DNA from: Eledone cirrhosa
Taxonomy: Eukaryota
Direction: 5' to 3'
Assembly: GCA_964016885.1 (NCBI GenBank)
Contig: OZ024759.1
Location: 21,948,001-22,012,000 of the forward strand
Length of the DNA stretch: 64,000 nucleotides
The notes below the pieces were generated by a model. The model was not told the origin of the DNA and did no database searches. It saw only the letters and a list, made by a program, of their open reading frames with translations. Shown here piece by piece: positions 27,701 through 41,800 of the stretch. How positions within the stretch are numbered: the first letter of the stretch is position 1; every line of letters begins with the position of its first letter. Position numbers and translations under genes: made by a program.

Positions 27701-30700
27701 CAGTGTCTATAGGAGAGAAACAGTGATAGAAAGAGACAAAGAATGAAGGGGAAGGGAGAGAGAAGAGGCTGTATGAGAGAAGGGACTGGCATAAAGAGAG
27801 AGATAGTAAAAGCTGTGTGAGAGGGGAAAGAAAGAGAGAGTCAGAAAGTAAGTAAATAAAAGGGAATAAGTTGAGAGATATGTCGTTATTAAATGGAATA
27901 AAACCAGACGACACAATTTGGAATATTAAACACGATGTTAGAAAAATATTTTTGTGAATAAGACAAAAGTTTACATATTCATATATGCATACATAAATAT
28001 ATAGATATGTTTACTGCTATATTAATATATATATACACGTGTAACTGCCGTTTGCAAAGACAACATGGATACTTTTAACGGAATTTCACGAAGTTTACGT
28101 TTTTAATTCATTATTTTTCCTTATCAATGTCTTATTATAAAGTTGTGAATGTAATTGTGTTGAATGCATTGATGTTTCACAATCGTATTTTATTAATTTA
28201 TTTATTCTGTTCGAGATGTTTTTACCTGGTAGAGCGCCCAAGTTGAGACTTGGTGTCGTTCTGTATGTTTACATATTTACTACCACTTGACTGTAAAAGA
28301 GATCTGATATTGCACACCCGCAATAGAGATTGCAGAGGAGGGGAGGTGAGAGTGTTTACGTTTGTTGGTGAGAGAGACAGAAAGAAGATTGTATGGAGGT
28401 AGGAGGGGCTGTGCTTTCAGATTATCTCCCCCTCGACTGTAAAATTGATCGGGTTTTGCACACCCGCAATTTTACTCCAGGAGAGTGAACGGAGAAGAGA
28501 AAAGTTGCAGTGAGAGGGACAGAAAGGAGATAGTGTGGTGGTAGGAAGGGGTCAGACGTGAAGACAGAGAGAGAGGGGTTGAGTGGGAATGAAAGGCAGA
28601 GAAATATAGAGGAGCTGCAAAGAGAGAGAGACAGACATATAGATAGAGAGGGATGTTGAGTGAATAGGTGGTAAGACAGAGAGAGAACGATTTGAGAATA
28701 AGAGAGAGGGGGCGACAAAGAAAGAGAGACTGTCTATAGGAGAGAAACAGTGATAGAAAGAGACAAAGAATGAAGGGGAAGGGAGAGAGAAGAGACTGTG
28801 TGAGAGAAGGGACTGGCATTAAGAGAGAGATAGTAAAAGCTGTGTGAGTGGGGAAAGAAAGAGAGAGTCAGACAGTAAGTAAATAAAAGGGAATAAGTTG
28901 AGAGATATGTCGTTATTAAATGGAATAAAACCAGACGACACAATTTGGAATATTAAACACGATGTTAGAAAAATATTTTTGTAAATAAGACAAAAGTTTA
29001 CATATACATATATGCATACATAAATATATAGATATGTTTACTGCTATATTAATATATATATACACGTGTAACTGCCGTTTGCAAAGACAACATGGATACT
29101 TTTAACGGAATTTCACGAAGTTTACGTTTTTAATTCATTATTTTTCCTTATCAATGTTTTATTATAAAGTTGTGAATGTAATTGTGTTGAATGCATTGAT
29201 GTTTCATAATCGTATTTTATTAATTTATTTATTCTGTTCGAGATATTTTTACCTGGTAGAGCGCCCAAGTTGAGACTTGGTGTCGTTCTGTATGTTTACA
29301 TATTTACTACCACATGACTGTAAAAGAGATCTGGTATTGCACACCCGCAATAGAGATTGCAGAGGAGGGGAGGTGAGAGTGTTTACGTTTGTTGGTGAGA
29401 GAGACAGAAAGAAGATTGTATGGAGGTAGGAGGGGCTGTGCTTTCAGATTATCTCCCCCTTGACTGTAAAATTGATCGGGTTTTGCACACCCGCAATTTT
29501 ACTCCAGGAGAGTGAACGGAGAAGAGAAAAGGTGCGGTGAGAGGGACAGAAAGGAGATAGTGTTGTGGTAGGAAGGGGTCAGACGTGAAGACAGAGAGAG
29601 AGGGAGTTGAGTGGGAATGAAAGGCAGAGAAATATAGAGGAGCTGCAAAGAGAGAGAGACAGACATATAGATAGAGAGGGATGTTGAGTGAATAGGTGGT
29701 AAGACAGAGAGAGAACGATTTGAGAATAAGAGAGAGGGGGCGACAAAGAAAGAGAAACAGTGATAGAAAGAGACAAAGAATGAAGGGGAAGGGAGAGAGA
29801 GAGAGAAGAGACTGTGTGAGAGGGGAAAGAAAGAGAGAGTCAGACAGTAAGTAAATAAAAGGGAATAAGTTGAGAGATATGTCGTTATTAAATGGAATAA
29901 AACCAGACGACACAATTTGGAATATTAAACACGATGTTAGAAAAATATTTTTGTAAATAAGACAAAAGTTTACATATACATATATGCATACATAAATATA
30001 TAGATATGTTTACTGCTATATTAATATATATATACACGTGTAACTGCCGTTTGCAAAGACAACATGGATACTTTTAACGGAATTTCACGAAGTTTACGTT
30101 TTTACTTCATTATTTTTCCTTGTCAATGTTTTATTATAAAGTTGTGAATGTAATTGTGTTGAATGCATTGATGTTTCATAATCGTATTTTATTAATTTAT
30201 TTATTCTGTTCGAGATATTTTTACCAGGTAGAGCGCCCAAGTAGGGACTTGGTGTCGTTCTGTATGTTTACATATTTACTACCACATGACTGTAAAAGAG
30301 ATCTGATATTGCACACCCGCAATAGAGATTGCAGAGGAGGGGAGGTGAGAGTGTTTACGTTTGATGGTGAGAGAGACAGAAAGAAGATAGTATGGGGGTA
30401 GGAGGGGCTGTGCTTTCAGATTATCTCCCCCTTGACTGTAAAATTGATCGGGTTTTGCACACCCGCAATTTTACTCCAGGAGAGTGAACGGAGAAGAGAA
30501 GAGGTGAGGTGAGAGGGACAGAAAGGAGATACTGTGGTGGTAGGAAGGGTCAGACGTGAAAACAGAGAGAGAGGTGGTGAGTGGGAAAGAAAGGCAGAGA
30601 AATATAGAGGAGCGGCAGATAGAGAGAGTGATGTTGAGTGAATAGGAGGTAAGACAGAGAGGGAAAGAAGAAGGGACAGAGAGAACGATGGAGGTAGGGG

Positions 30701-31710
30701 GAACAGAGAAAGAGGGATTTGAGAATACGAGAGTGAAAGAGGGGGAAGTAGAAAGTGTAGAGTAAGAGAGAGGGGGAAACAATAAGAAAGAGACTGTGTC
30801 TATAGGAGGGAAACAACGATAGAAAGAGATAGAGAATGAAGATAGAGGGAGAAAGAGAAGAGGTTGCGTGAGAGAAGGGCCCGGCAAAAAGAGTGAGAAA
30901 GTAAAGACTGTATGAGAGGGGAAAGAGAGAGAGAGAGAAGGGGAGAGAGTGTGTAAGTAAATAAATGTTTCTACTTTAGGCACAAGGCCAGAAATTACCA
31001 GTGCATTACTGATACTTTATTTTATCGACCCTGTAAGGATGAAAGGCAAAGTCAACCTCGGCGGGATTTGAACTCAGTGTGTAAGTAAATAAAGGGGAGT
31101 GAGTATGTCGTTATTAAATGGAATAAAACCAGACGACACAATATGAAATATTAAACACGATATTAGAAAAATACTTTTGTAAATAAAGACAATAATGTAT
31201 ATATACATACTGGCATACATAAATATATAGATATGTTTACAATTATATTTATATATACACGTGTAACTGCCGTCTGCGAAGGCAACATGGATACTTTTAA
31301 CGGAATTTCCCGAAGTTCAGGTTTTAAACTTATCTTTACTTCGTTATTTTTCCTTATCAATGTTTTATTATAAAGTTGTGAATATAATTATGGCGAATAC
31401 GTTGATATTTCATAATCGTGTTTTATTCATTTATTTATTTTGTTCGAGATATTTTTACTTGGTAGAGCGCCCAAGTAGGGACTTGGTGTCGTTCTGTATG
31501 TTTACATATTTACTACCACTTGACTGTAAAAGAGATCTGATATTGCACACCCGCAATAGAGATTGCAGAGGAGGGGAGGTGAGAGTGTTTACTTTCGTTG
31601 ATGAGAGAGACAGAAAGAAGATAGTATGGGAGTAGGAGGGGGTATGTTTTCAGATTATCTCCCCTTGACTGTAAAATATTATCTGATTTTGCACACCCGC
31701 AATTTCATTC
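23777..31710. repeat. Mirror-symmetric array of eight ~1-1.5 kb units (3 on +, 5 on -), converging near 27080
   Basis: Unit head GGAGTAAAATTGCGGGTGTGCAAAA starts at 23777, 25331, 26435 (+) and reverse complements end at 27390, 28478, 29505, 30477, 31710; ORF-track peptides recur accordingly (e.g. RYFYLVERPSRDLVSF on both strands). Confidence 0.93.
30966..31077 (-). mobile_element. 5'-truncated SINE with target-site duplication
   Basis: Same family as 36607; flanked by duplicated GTGTGTAAGTAAATAAA (30949-30965 and 31077-31093). Confidence 0.8.
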
Positions 31711-31939
31711 AAATAGAGAATGGGGAAGGGAAGAGGTGAGGTGAGAGGGATAGAAATGAGATAGTCAATAATATATATACACATGCATACATAAATATGT
31801 ACATAGAGAGAGAGAAAGGGTTAAAACGAAGGAGAAAGAGAGATTGAAAGGGTTAAAACAAACGAGAGAGAGAGAGAAAGGGTTAGAAACAAAATAGAGA
31901 GGGAGGAGAGAGAAAGAAAGGGAAAGAACTGTTACAGTG

Positions 31940-31975
31940 GTGGGAGGGGAAAGCGCGGCAAAATCTAATTTGCAA
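31940..31975 (+). promoter_or_regulatory. GINS4 proximal promoter with E2F-like site
   Basis: GCGGCAAA at 31955-31962 (reverse complement TTTGCCGC, fits TTTSSCGC) ~70 bp upstream of the ATG of a replication gene. Confidence 0.45.
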
Positions 31976-32027
31976 ACAAATCGTTTGACGAGAAAGTTTT
32001 TGGTTAGTAAAGTCGAAGGATTTTCCG

Positions 32028-32120
32028 ATGGCCGACCTTGGTCTGTCCCTGGATTTCAGTCGAGACGATGATGATATCGAACCTATGACAGCTAATGAAG
32101 TTCTCTCCAAACTTGAAGAG
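32028..32120 (+). CDS. GINS4: GINS4 exon 1 (MADLGLSLDFSRDDDDIEPMTANEVLSKLEE)
   Basis: ATG at 32028; donor GAG|gtttgt; acidic N-terminus typical of SLD5; phase 0 joins exon 2. Confidence 0.9.
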
Positions 32121-35100
32121 GTTTGTCTTCAATCAATGAATATTTTAATATTTCTAAAGTTTTGTTTTTATTTACTATCAATCAGATAGGTGTGGAAACG
32201 GCCGGAGCTCAGCTGTCGGGGTCCTGACTCTTTTCCTATTACCCACTCTACTAACCCAAGTATCGAGTACTCTGGTGCGTTATGGTCCACCTGGTATCTT
32301 ACCACACTTTGTAATATATATATATATATATATGTGTGTGTGTTGTAAACATATATATGTAAGTGTGTGTAAACATGTATTCGTGAGTGCATAATAATAT
32401 AACATTATTATCCCGCCAAGGTTAATTTTGCCTTTCATCCTTACGGGGTCGATAAAATAAAGTACCAGTAATACACTGAGTAATTTGCTGGCCTTGTGCC
32501 AAAAGTAGAAACAATTATTAATATTCTGAGTTCAAATCCGCCGAGGTTAACTTTGCCTTTCATCCTTACGGGATCGATAAAATAAAGTACCAGTAATGTA
32601 CTGGGTAATTACTGGCCTTGTGCCAAAAGTAGAAACAATTATTAATATTTGGTTTGTTATGATATTATTATTCACTCACGAATACATTTAGCTTTCCACC
32701 ATGTTAAGAGCGAAAACAAATTTTATATATATATATAAATTACATATATTATTTAATTTTATATATATATATATATATATATTACATATATTATTTAACA
32801 ATGATAACAAAGGCAAGTTATTTTACATATATCATTCATTTTTTGACGATCATTTCGGAGGGTTGATCATATCGATATATTGACTAATCTATAACACGTT
32901 AGATAACTGTATACTATCAGACATAATATATGGGTTTGATCATACCGTCTTGTTCGGAGCTAACGGATTATATTGAGTTCTAACTACGGTATAGACCCTA
33001 CCGCGAAAGGTAGACCACATCGAATATATATATATACACATTCACACATACATTATAAAGTATGTATGATCGAAGTCACTGTTGCAACATATATATAAAC
33101 TTTATTGCAAATATATCTCGATATTTATCAGCTCGATGTATAAACGATTGTAATATGCCAATAAAGTGTGTGTGTATATATATATATATATATGCTGCAA
33201 CAGAGACTTCGATTCTACTTGCTTTATTTATACTCGGCTCACTTCAGCCGCCTTAACTCTATGTTCTGAGTTCAAATACCGCCGTTGTTTTGCTTAGCCT
33301 TTCATCCTTACGGGGTCGATAAAATGAAGTACCAGTTACGGTCGATTTAATCGACTTTCCCTTCCCTTCAAATTCCTCGCCTTGTGCCTAAAATAGAAAC
33401 CATTATTTATTCAATCTTTTCACATTTGATCCAATAATTGTAGTTCGGATTGCTCCATGGGTTAGTTTCGTTAAGTTCCGGTCATATTCGTTTACTTCCG
33501 GAATAATAACAACATCTTGTAACAGAACAGAGTCGGATATTGCCGAGAATGGTATAGATCAGTGGTTCCCAACCTGTTGAGCCCCATGCCCTACTTTGAT
33601 ATAAAAACAACGATGATCAACTACAAAGTGTAAACAAATTGGCGTATGGGTGATGCCAGATGCTTAATAACGTGTTGAGGAGGTGCCACAGGAGTTCCCG
33701 ACAGTAATTTGTTCCAAAGTTGCCTTGGTGTAAAAGTAATATGGTAAAACCTGAAGTTTGCTCTTGTTAACTTTTCCAATTGCTCCCTTGTGTGGCATGG
33801 GCCCCACGATGGGAATCACAGATATAGATATTAAAATTAAAGTGACTGCCAGGAAACTGGATGCTTACTCTACAGAAGTATCAGCTATTGAAGTTGACAG
33901 TTATAGGGTCAAAGAAGCAATGAAGGAGATGAAGAATGGTAAAGCTGTGGGATCATCAAAGATAGTTACTGAGGTACTAAAAGCATCAGAAGTAGAAGTC
34001 GAACTCGTAACAAGCCTAGTCAATCAAGTAATACAGGACGGAGTCATACCCAATGACTGGTGCAACAACTATCATCATCATCATCCATCACCGTTTAACA
34101 TCGATTTTGCCACGGAATCATAAATCGATACAAGGCCATACAAGGTGATACTCTAGAAAGGAGCAACTATAGAGGAATAAAACTAATGGACTAAGTTATG
34201 AAAGTGACAGAAAGAGTTATAGCACAGCTAATTAAGGAAAGAGTCAAATTAGACGTGATGCAGCTTGGTTTCATGCTTGGGAAAAAAAAGTATTACAGAT
34301 GCCCTCTTCTTAGTGAGGCAACTAGCAAAGAAGTTCCTAGCCAAGAATAAGCTACTATATTTAGCTTTTGTGAATCTAGAGAAGGTCTTTGACAGAGTAC
34401 TTCAATCTATTATCTGGTAGTCCTTAAGGAAATAGCTAGGTTAAGGATAGGATGGAAGAAGTTTAGAGAGCTACGCCCACTGTTGACTACAATGGTTCTC
34501 CCTATGTACAAAAAGATAGCTGTATGACACTGGTGTGCGAAATAGTAAAATATGAGCAGTGACTGCAGAAGACATGCATAGTTTGGAGAGAAATGAAGTA
34601 ACTATGCTTCATTGGATGTGCCATGTAAATTTGAGATAAAGACAAAGCTTGGACAAGCTGAAGGAGAAGTTGGGTTTAAGAGGATCTGAAGTGGTGTGCA
34701 GGAGAGAAGACTACATTGGTACAGACATGTGATGTGCATGTATGATGCTTGTTGGGTGAAGAAGTGCCAGGAAATTCCAGTGGAAGGAAGCTGTAGTAGA
34801 GGTAGACGAAGAAAGACCTGGCCAGAGGTGGTGAGAGCTGACCTCAAATCACTGAGAATCAGAGAGGAGATGACAAAGGTATGTGGTGAGTGGAGAGATG
34901 CAGTGCTGAAAAATGACCTGTCCAACCCATGCGAGAATGGAAAAATGGGCATTAAAAAATGATGATGCTGATCACCATCATTAACAAACAATTATTGTTG
35001 TCGTCATCACAACTACCATCATCATCACAATTATCGACCCGACTTCCCATGGGTACAAGCCGAAGCTGAAGCATATAGACAATATGCCCCCACCCCTCCC

Positions 35101-36071
35101 CACTACAAAGTGGTCGTGGAGGTGCCACGGCAAAAAAGCACCCAGCCCACACTGTAAAGTGGACATGTAGGTGCCACGGAAAAAAGGACCCAGCACTCAC
35201 TGTAAATGAGGTTGGTGTTAGGAAGGACATCCAGCTGTAGAAATCAAGCCAGAATCAGTTCCTCGCACTGTCCACAACAGGAGAACCAGTCTAACCCATG
35301 CTAGCGTGGAAGAATGGACATAAAACGGTGATGATGATGATGATCATCATCATCATCATAACTATTTTTCTCATCATCACTGCCATCTTCCTCCTGTTCG
35401 TTACCTTTTTTTTGTCTCTCTCTCACACTCTCTCTTTCTCTCCAGGCATGGTTGAATGAGAAATTCTCTCCTGTTTTACTGGGGTCCAAGACAGAAATAG
35501 TGGAGTGTCTCCTCGAACAGATTGGTGTCATGGAGGAGAACATTCGCAAAGCAAAGAAAGGAGATTTTAAAGTTAACATCCACAGAATGGAGGTAAGTGA
35601 TGTTGTGGTGTTCATTATTTGCTACATTGTGGTGGGGGATTGGCAGTGTCAGAAGAGCATCTGACAACATGCTTTGCAGCATATAGATATGCCCTTTACA
35701 ATTTGAGTTCAAATCCCACCAAGGGGTTGATAAAATAAAGTACCAGTAATGCACAAAGTAGCCTTCCTTCATCCATAGACCTTAAACAAAGTAAAAGTAT
35801 ATATAGTTGTATATATATACATATATATATACACACACACACACATCAGAATTGTAGATACATCCATATTATATATATACATCCATCAGTACTATATATA
35901 TACACATCAATATTATATATATACATCCATCAGTACTATAGATACACCCATCAGTATTATATATATACACCCATCAATATTATATATATATATATATGCC
36001 CATCAGTATTATATATATATACATCCATCAGTACTATATACACACCCATCAGTGTTATATATACACCCATC

Positions 36072-36103
<32 letters not shown>

Positions 36104-37423
36104 CCATCAGTTTTATATATATATACACCCATCAGTATTATATATATACATCCATCAGTAGTATACATACACCCATCAGTGTTATATATACACCCAACAA
36201 TATTATATATATATATGCCCATCAGTTTTATATATATATACACCCATCAATATTATATATATACATCCATCAGTAGTATATATACACCCATCAGTGTTAT
36301 ATATACACCCATCAATATTATATATATATATGCCCATCAGTTTTATATATATATACATCCATCAGTAGTATATATACACCCATCAGTGTTATATATACAC
36401 CCAACAATATTATATATATATATATGCCCATCAGTTTTATATATATATACACCCATCAATATTATATATATACATCCATCAGTACTATATACACACCCAT
36501 CAGTGTTATATATACACCCATCAATATTATATATATATATGCCCATCAGTTTTATATATATATACACCCATCAATATTATATATATACAATATTATATAT
36601 ATACAAGGGGCGGTGGATTGGCAGTATCGGTAGAGGGTCAGACGCCATGCTTTCCAGCATAGTTACGTCCCTTTACGATCTGAGTTCAAATCCCGCCGAG
36701 GTTGACTTTGCCTTTCATCCTTACGGGGTCGATAAAATAAAGTACCAGTAATGCACTGGGTAATTGCTGGCCTTGTGCCTAAAGTAGAAACAATATTATA
36801 TATATACATCCATCAGTAGTATATATACACCCATCAGTGTTATATATACACCCATCAATATTATATATATATATATATATACACCCATCAATATTATATA
36901 TATATATATACACCCATCAGTTTTATATATATATACACCCATCAGTATTATATATATACATCCATCAGTAGTATATATACACCCATCAGTGTTATATATA
37001 CACCCATCAATATTATATATATATATGCCCATCAGTTTTATATATATATACACCCATCAATATTATATATATACATCCATCAGTACTATATATGCACCCA
37101 TCAGTGTTATATATATATATACACCCATCAATATTATATCCTTTGTATATAATTTCTAGCTGGACCGAGTGAGATTTGTGTTAAACAGTTATCTAAGAAC
37201 ACGTTTAGAAAAGGTAAGGACCGCATTCCAGTTCTCTTTTACTTCTGGCCATCTGCCCGTCTCTCTCTCTCTCCCCCCCTCTCTCTCTAACCATCTATTT
37301 GTCCACCCATCTATCCACTCACCATATGTCTATCTGTCTGGCTTTTCTCTTTTTACCCATCCATCTATCTCTCTATCTGTGCATCTACCTGGCTCTCTGT
37401 CTTTCTGTCTGTCCATCCATTTC

Positions 37424-37462
<39 letters not shown>

Positions 37463-38397
37463 CTGTCCATCCATCTCTCATTCTGCCCAGCCAGCTCCCT
37501 CTCTTTGTCCATTTACTCATCCACCCACTTATCCATCATTCTCTCGCTCACTATATTTCTCTAGATCCAGTCCTACACAGCCTATTACCTCAACAAAGAT
37601 AATGGTGAAAATGAAGAACAATCTTTGTTCTCCCCTGCAGAATTGGTTTTTGCCAAAGAGTAAGTATTCTTAGATTTATATACCCCCCACCACACACTGA
37701 CATATCTGTACTGTAAATGAGAATGTATATATGTATATGTCTCTCAAAGGCTCTAAAACAGTGTATCCTTGAGAATTCACGTTCGATTTCTTTCAGTCAT
37801 TACCCAGGATTCTTCCAGCACAGAGACATCTATAAATATGCATGGTATAAAAAGAATCAGGGACAGAGATCAATAATTGATTCTGTTATTGTCTCTGATC
37901 TCTTCGATTCTGTGCTGGATGTTCATGTTAAGAGAGGGGCTGAGCTGTCTACTGATCACCATCTAGTAACTTGAGACTACCTAAAGCCAGAGAAGCCCTT
38001 AAAACTGGCAGTTCCAGGTCGACCTACAGGATAAAGTGGGAAGTGTTGGTGGATAAGGAAGTCAGGACTAGGTATGCAGATACTATTGCATCCAAATTTA
38101 GAAAACTCCCTGAACAAACTGAGGACGTTGAGACAGGAAAGCATGTAGAATAAAAAGATAGACAATGTATTTTCTGCCTCCAACCTTGTAGTTTTTGCCA
38201 CAAACATGGGCACTTCTGCCCGTAATGCTGAGGAGAAAAAGGCAGATGGATGGATATACAGGCATAGAGAGATAGATGGAGAAACAGACTCAACAAAAAG
38301 TGCCCAGTCGTCACTGTAAAGTGGTCATGTTGGTGTTACAACTGGTGGTAGTAGTGGTAGTGGTGATAATGATGGTGGTGGTAATAATGTTACTGGC

Positions 38398-38439
<42 letters not shown>

Positions 38440-38823
38440 TAATATTGCAGTGTTAGCCAAACCAAAGAACCAAAATATATTTAGTCCCACCACAGCTACG
38501 TCATCACCACCATCACTGCCAATACAACCACACCCACCACTACACCCACCACCATAGAATATTCTAACAATTTCTGTTGATATTTCACATTTCCTACCTG
38601 CTGGGAGAATGGAGGAGGGGCATTGACGTCACTACTTCTTGGTCAGGATTGTGATGATGAATGTGGATATGGTGGTGGTGAGGATGATGGTAGATGTGGT
38701 GGGCGGAAGGTGATTGTAGTGGTGGTATTGGTAATGGTGGTGATGGTTGCGATGGTGAATATGGTAGTAATTGTGGTGGTGATGGTGGCAGTGATGATGA
38801 TGGTGGTGGTGATGGTGACACTG

Positions 38824-38856
<33 letters not shown>

Positions 38857-41800
38857 TTGTGTTAGCAATTTCAGATAAGTTTAGATGCTTTGGCGAGACA
38901 AGGGCACTGTATACACGTACATAAATATATATACTCACACGGGTGTGTGTTATTGCATATATATGCATGTTTGTGTCTATATATTTGCATACTTATGTAT
39001 ACATATATATACATGTTTATATATATAAGCAAAGAGATATTTAATTTGCTGGTAATTCAACAAATTTATTTATAACAGATTCGAAGCACTCGACAGGTTT
39101 CCTGGAGTATAATATCAATGATATTAATAAATGGAAACTATATTTATAAAACCATATTTATTTTATTATATATATTTCAAGCGTACCAAAAAACTTGGGT
39201 ATGCTCTCATCAGATAAAATACAAAATTTGTTTTATAAATAGTGACATACCTGATAAAGGTCTGGTTTATCGGGTATGTCACTATTTATAAAACAAATTT
39301 TGTATTTTATCTAATGAGATTGTATTTTATCTAATGGTCAGAGAATGAACTCATGAACACGTACCAAAGTTTTTTGGTACCCTTGAAATATATATAAAAT
39401 AAATATGGTTTTATGAATATAGTTTCCATTTATTAATATCATTGATGTTTATATATATATATATATATGTGTGTGTATGTTTGTGTGTGCATGTTTGTGT
39501 ATACATATGCATGTGTATATGCATATACATATGTATATATATATATACATATATATGTATATATATTTTTATATATATATAAGAACGAGTCTAACCCATG
39601 CTAGCATGAAAGATAGTCATTAAACGATGATGATGAGTCAGGGTCTCACTCTCTCTAATATAGTCACACTCAACTATCCTTACTAGTTTAATACTGGTTT
39701 AATCCTGATTATATATATATATATCATCATCATCATCATCATCATCATTGTTTAACGTCCATCTTCCACGCTAGCATGGGTTAGACGGGAGTTGTCCCAA
39801 TTTGATGACTATCTGGCAAGTTTTCTATGGCTGGATGCCCTTCCTAACACCAACCACATTTACAGTGTGAACTGGGAACTTTTTACCGTGTTACCTACAC
39901 GGCCACATTACAGCGTGGACTGTGTGTTTTTTTTTGTCGTGACACCTACACAATCTCAATCTCATTATCTCATTTATTTGGACTGGATGTTGTGGTACCA
40001 ACTTTACAGAGAGAGGGTGGTGTTAGTGAGAGTGGGAGGATAGGGTAGGGGTAGTGGATTGGGGTGTATATTTGGTTAAGAGGTGCCTACTGACTGTAGG
40101 TTTCGCTTTGTACATAGGCAAGGCGGGTCTTCTGTATTACTGCGTAGCGCCAAAGATCTCGGTCCAGTGACATTGTCTTAGAGAGGTGCAAGTGTGTAAG
40201 GTCGGAATTTATCAGATGGTCCCAGGTTTTTCTGGGTCTACCTACTCCGTAACTTCCATCAATTTTGATATCCCTGCACTTTTTAATACAGCTGTCGTCT
40301 TTCATGCGCATCACGTGACCATACCAACGTAGTCTTCTCTCGAGTAAACAGCATCTGATCCCTCTTATTCCTAATTTCTCACTCAGTTCATTTATGATGA
40401 TGATGATATATATATATATACAGCACTCACTGTAAATGAGGTTGGTGTTAGGAAGGGCATCCAGCTGTAGAAATCAAGCTAAAATCAGTTCCCGAATGAG
40501 CAAGACATGGTCAGCCGACCAGACACTGCCCACAACAGGACAACCCGTCTAACCCATGCTAGCATGGAAGAATGGATGTAAAACGGTGATGATGATAGAT
40601 ATATATACCACCTACGGACGCATTTATTGCAACCTTACAACAACTATATATATAGATGCGCTTTTTGCTTTTTCTAATGGCTGGAATATATGCAGCTCGC
40701 CACACCTGCATAAACATCCACATCCAAGAGAAAGGCAATGCTCAATACAGCTTTGCACCATTGATGTCACCACTCATTTTTACAGCTGGAGCAACATGAA
40801 AATAAAGTGTCTTGCTCAAGGACACAACGCATCACCTGGTCAGAGAATTGAACTCATAACCTCCTGATATATATCCAGCCGTAGAAAACCTACCAGACAG
40901 TCCTATACGAGCAAGAAAACCAATCTTGCCTCACGTGGGACAATTCCCGTCTAAACCCGTGGAAGATAGACGTTAAACGATGATGATGATATATGCATAT
41001 GTACATACAGTCCCCCGGATTTGCAGGGGTTACATTTCTAGAGCACCCACGAAGAGTGAAAAACAGCAAATATTGAATGTAGTCCATAAAAATGCCTATA
41101 AACGTCAAAATATAACATAAAATATAATTTTAAAAAAAAAAACGACCGTTGTATGCGAAGGAGCATCCAATAGGCCAGCAAATATGGTATATTGTTGTTT
41201 ATAATTTAGCGTTAAAAAAATATATATTGCCACAAAAAAAAAAACATCAAAAAATTGCAGAAGATATTTACGATTCCACGAATATGCAGTGGTTTCCGCA
41301 AACAATTATTAGTTAGGTTCTAAAAAAAATTCTGCAAATAACGAGGGCCGCCAATGGTACACAATGTATATTATCATCATCATCGTTTAACGTCTATCTT
41401 CCATGCTAGCATGGGTTAGAAGGGATTTGTCCCACTTGAGGCAAGATAAGTTGTGTGACCGTGTTTCACTCGTATAGGACTGTATCTGGCAGGTTTTCTA
41501 CGGCTGGATGCCCTTCCTACACCAACCACATTGACTGTGTACTGATCTCTCACTTAGTTCATTTTTGTTTTGCCATTCGTGTATATATACTATTACAAAT
41601 TCAATGGAACATGCATGCTTCGTTCCTTTCCAATCTGTGCAGGTCCTCTGCACACAATGCCCATGTCTCACTGCCATGTAACAGTGCTGTTTGTATACAA
41701 GCATCATACAATCTGCCTTTCATTTTTAGAGAGAAACCTTTTGTGGCCAACAGCATATATTATATATATATAATAATGCATTGAGCTGTACACACTTTAC

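Noticed and set aside
23853-31635. Recurring 90-130 aa ORFs (MFYYKVV...RKKIVWG) as a tandem gene family
   Set aside because: Copies carry frameshifts and stops, starts are inconsistent and no known domain is recognisable; better explained as a by-product of the repeat unit.
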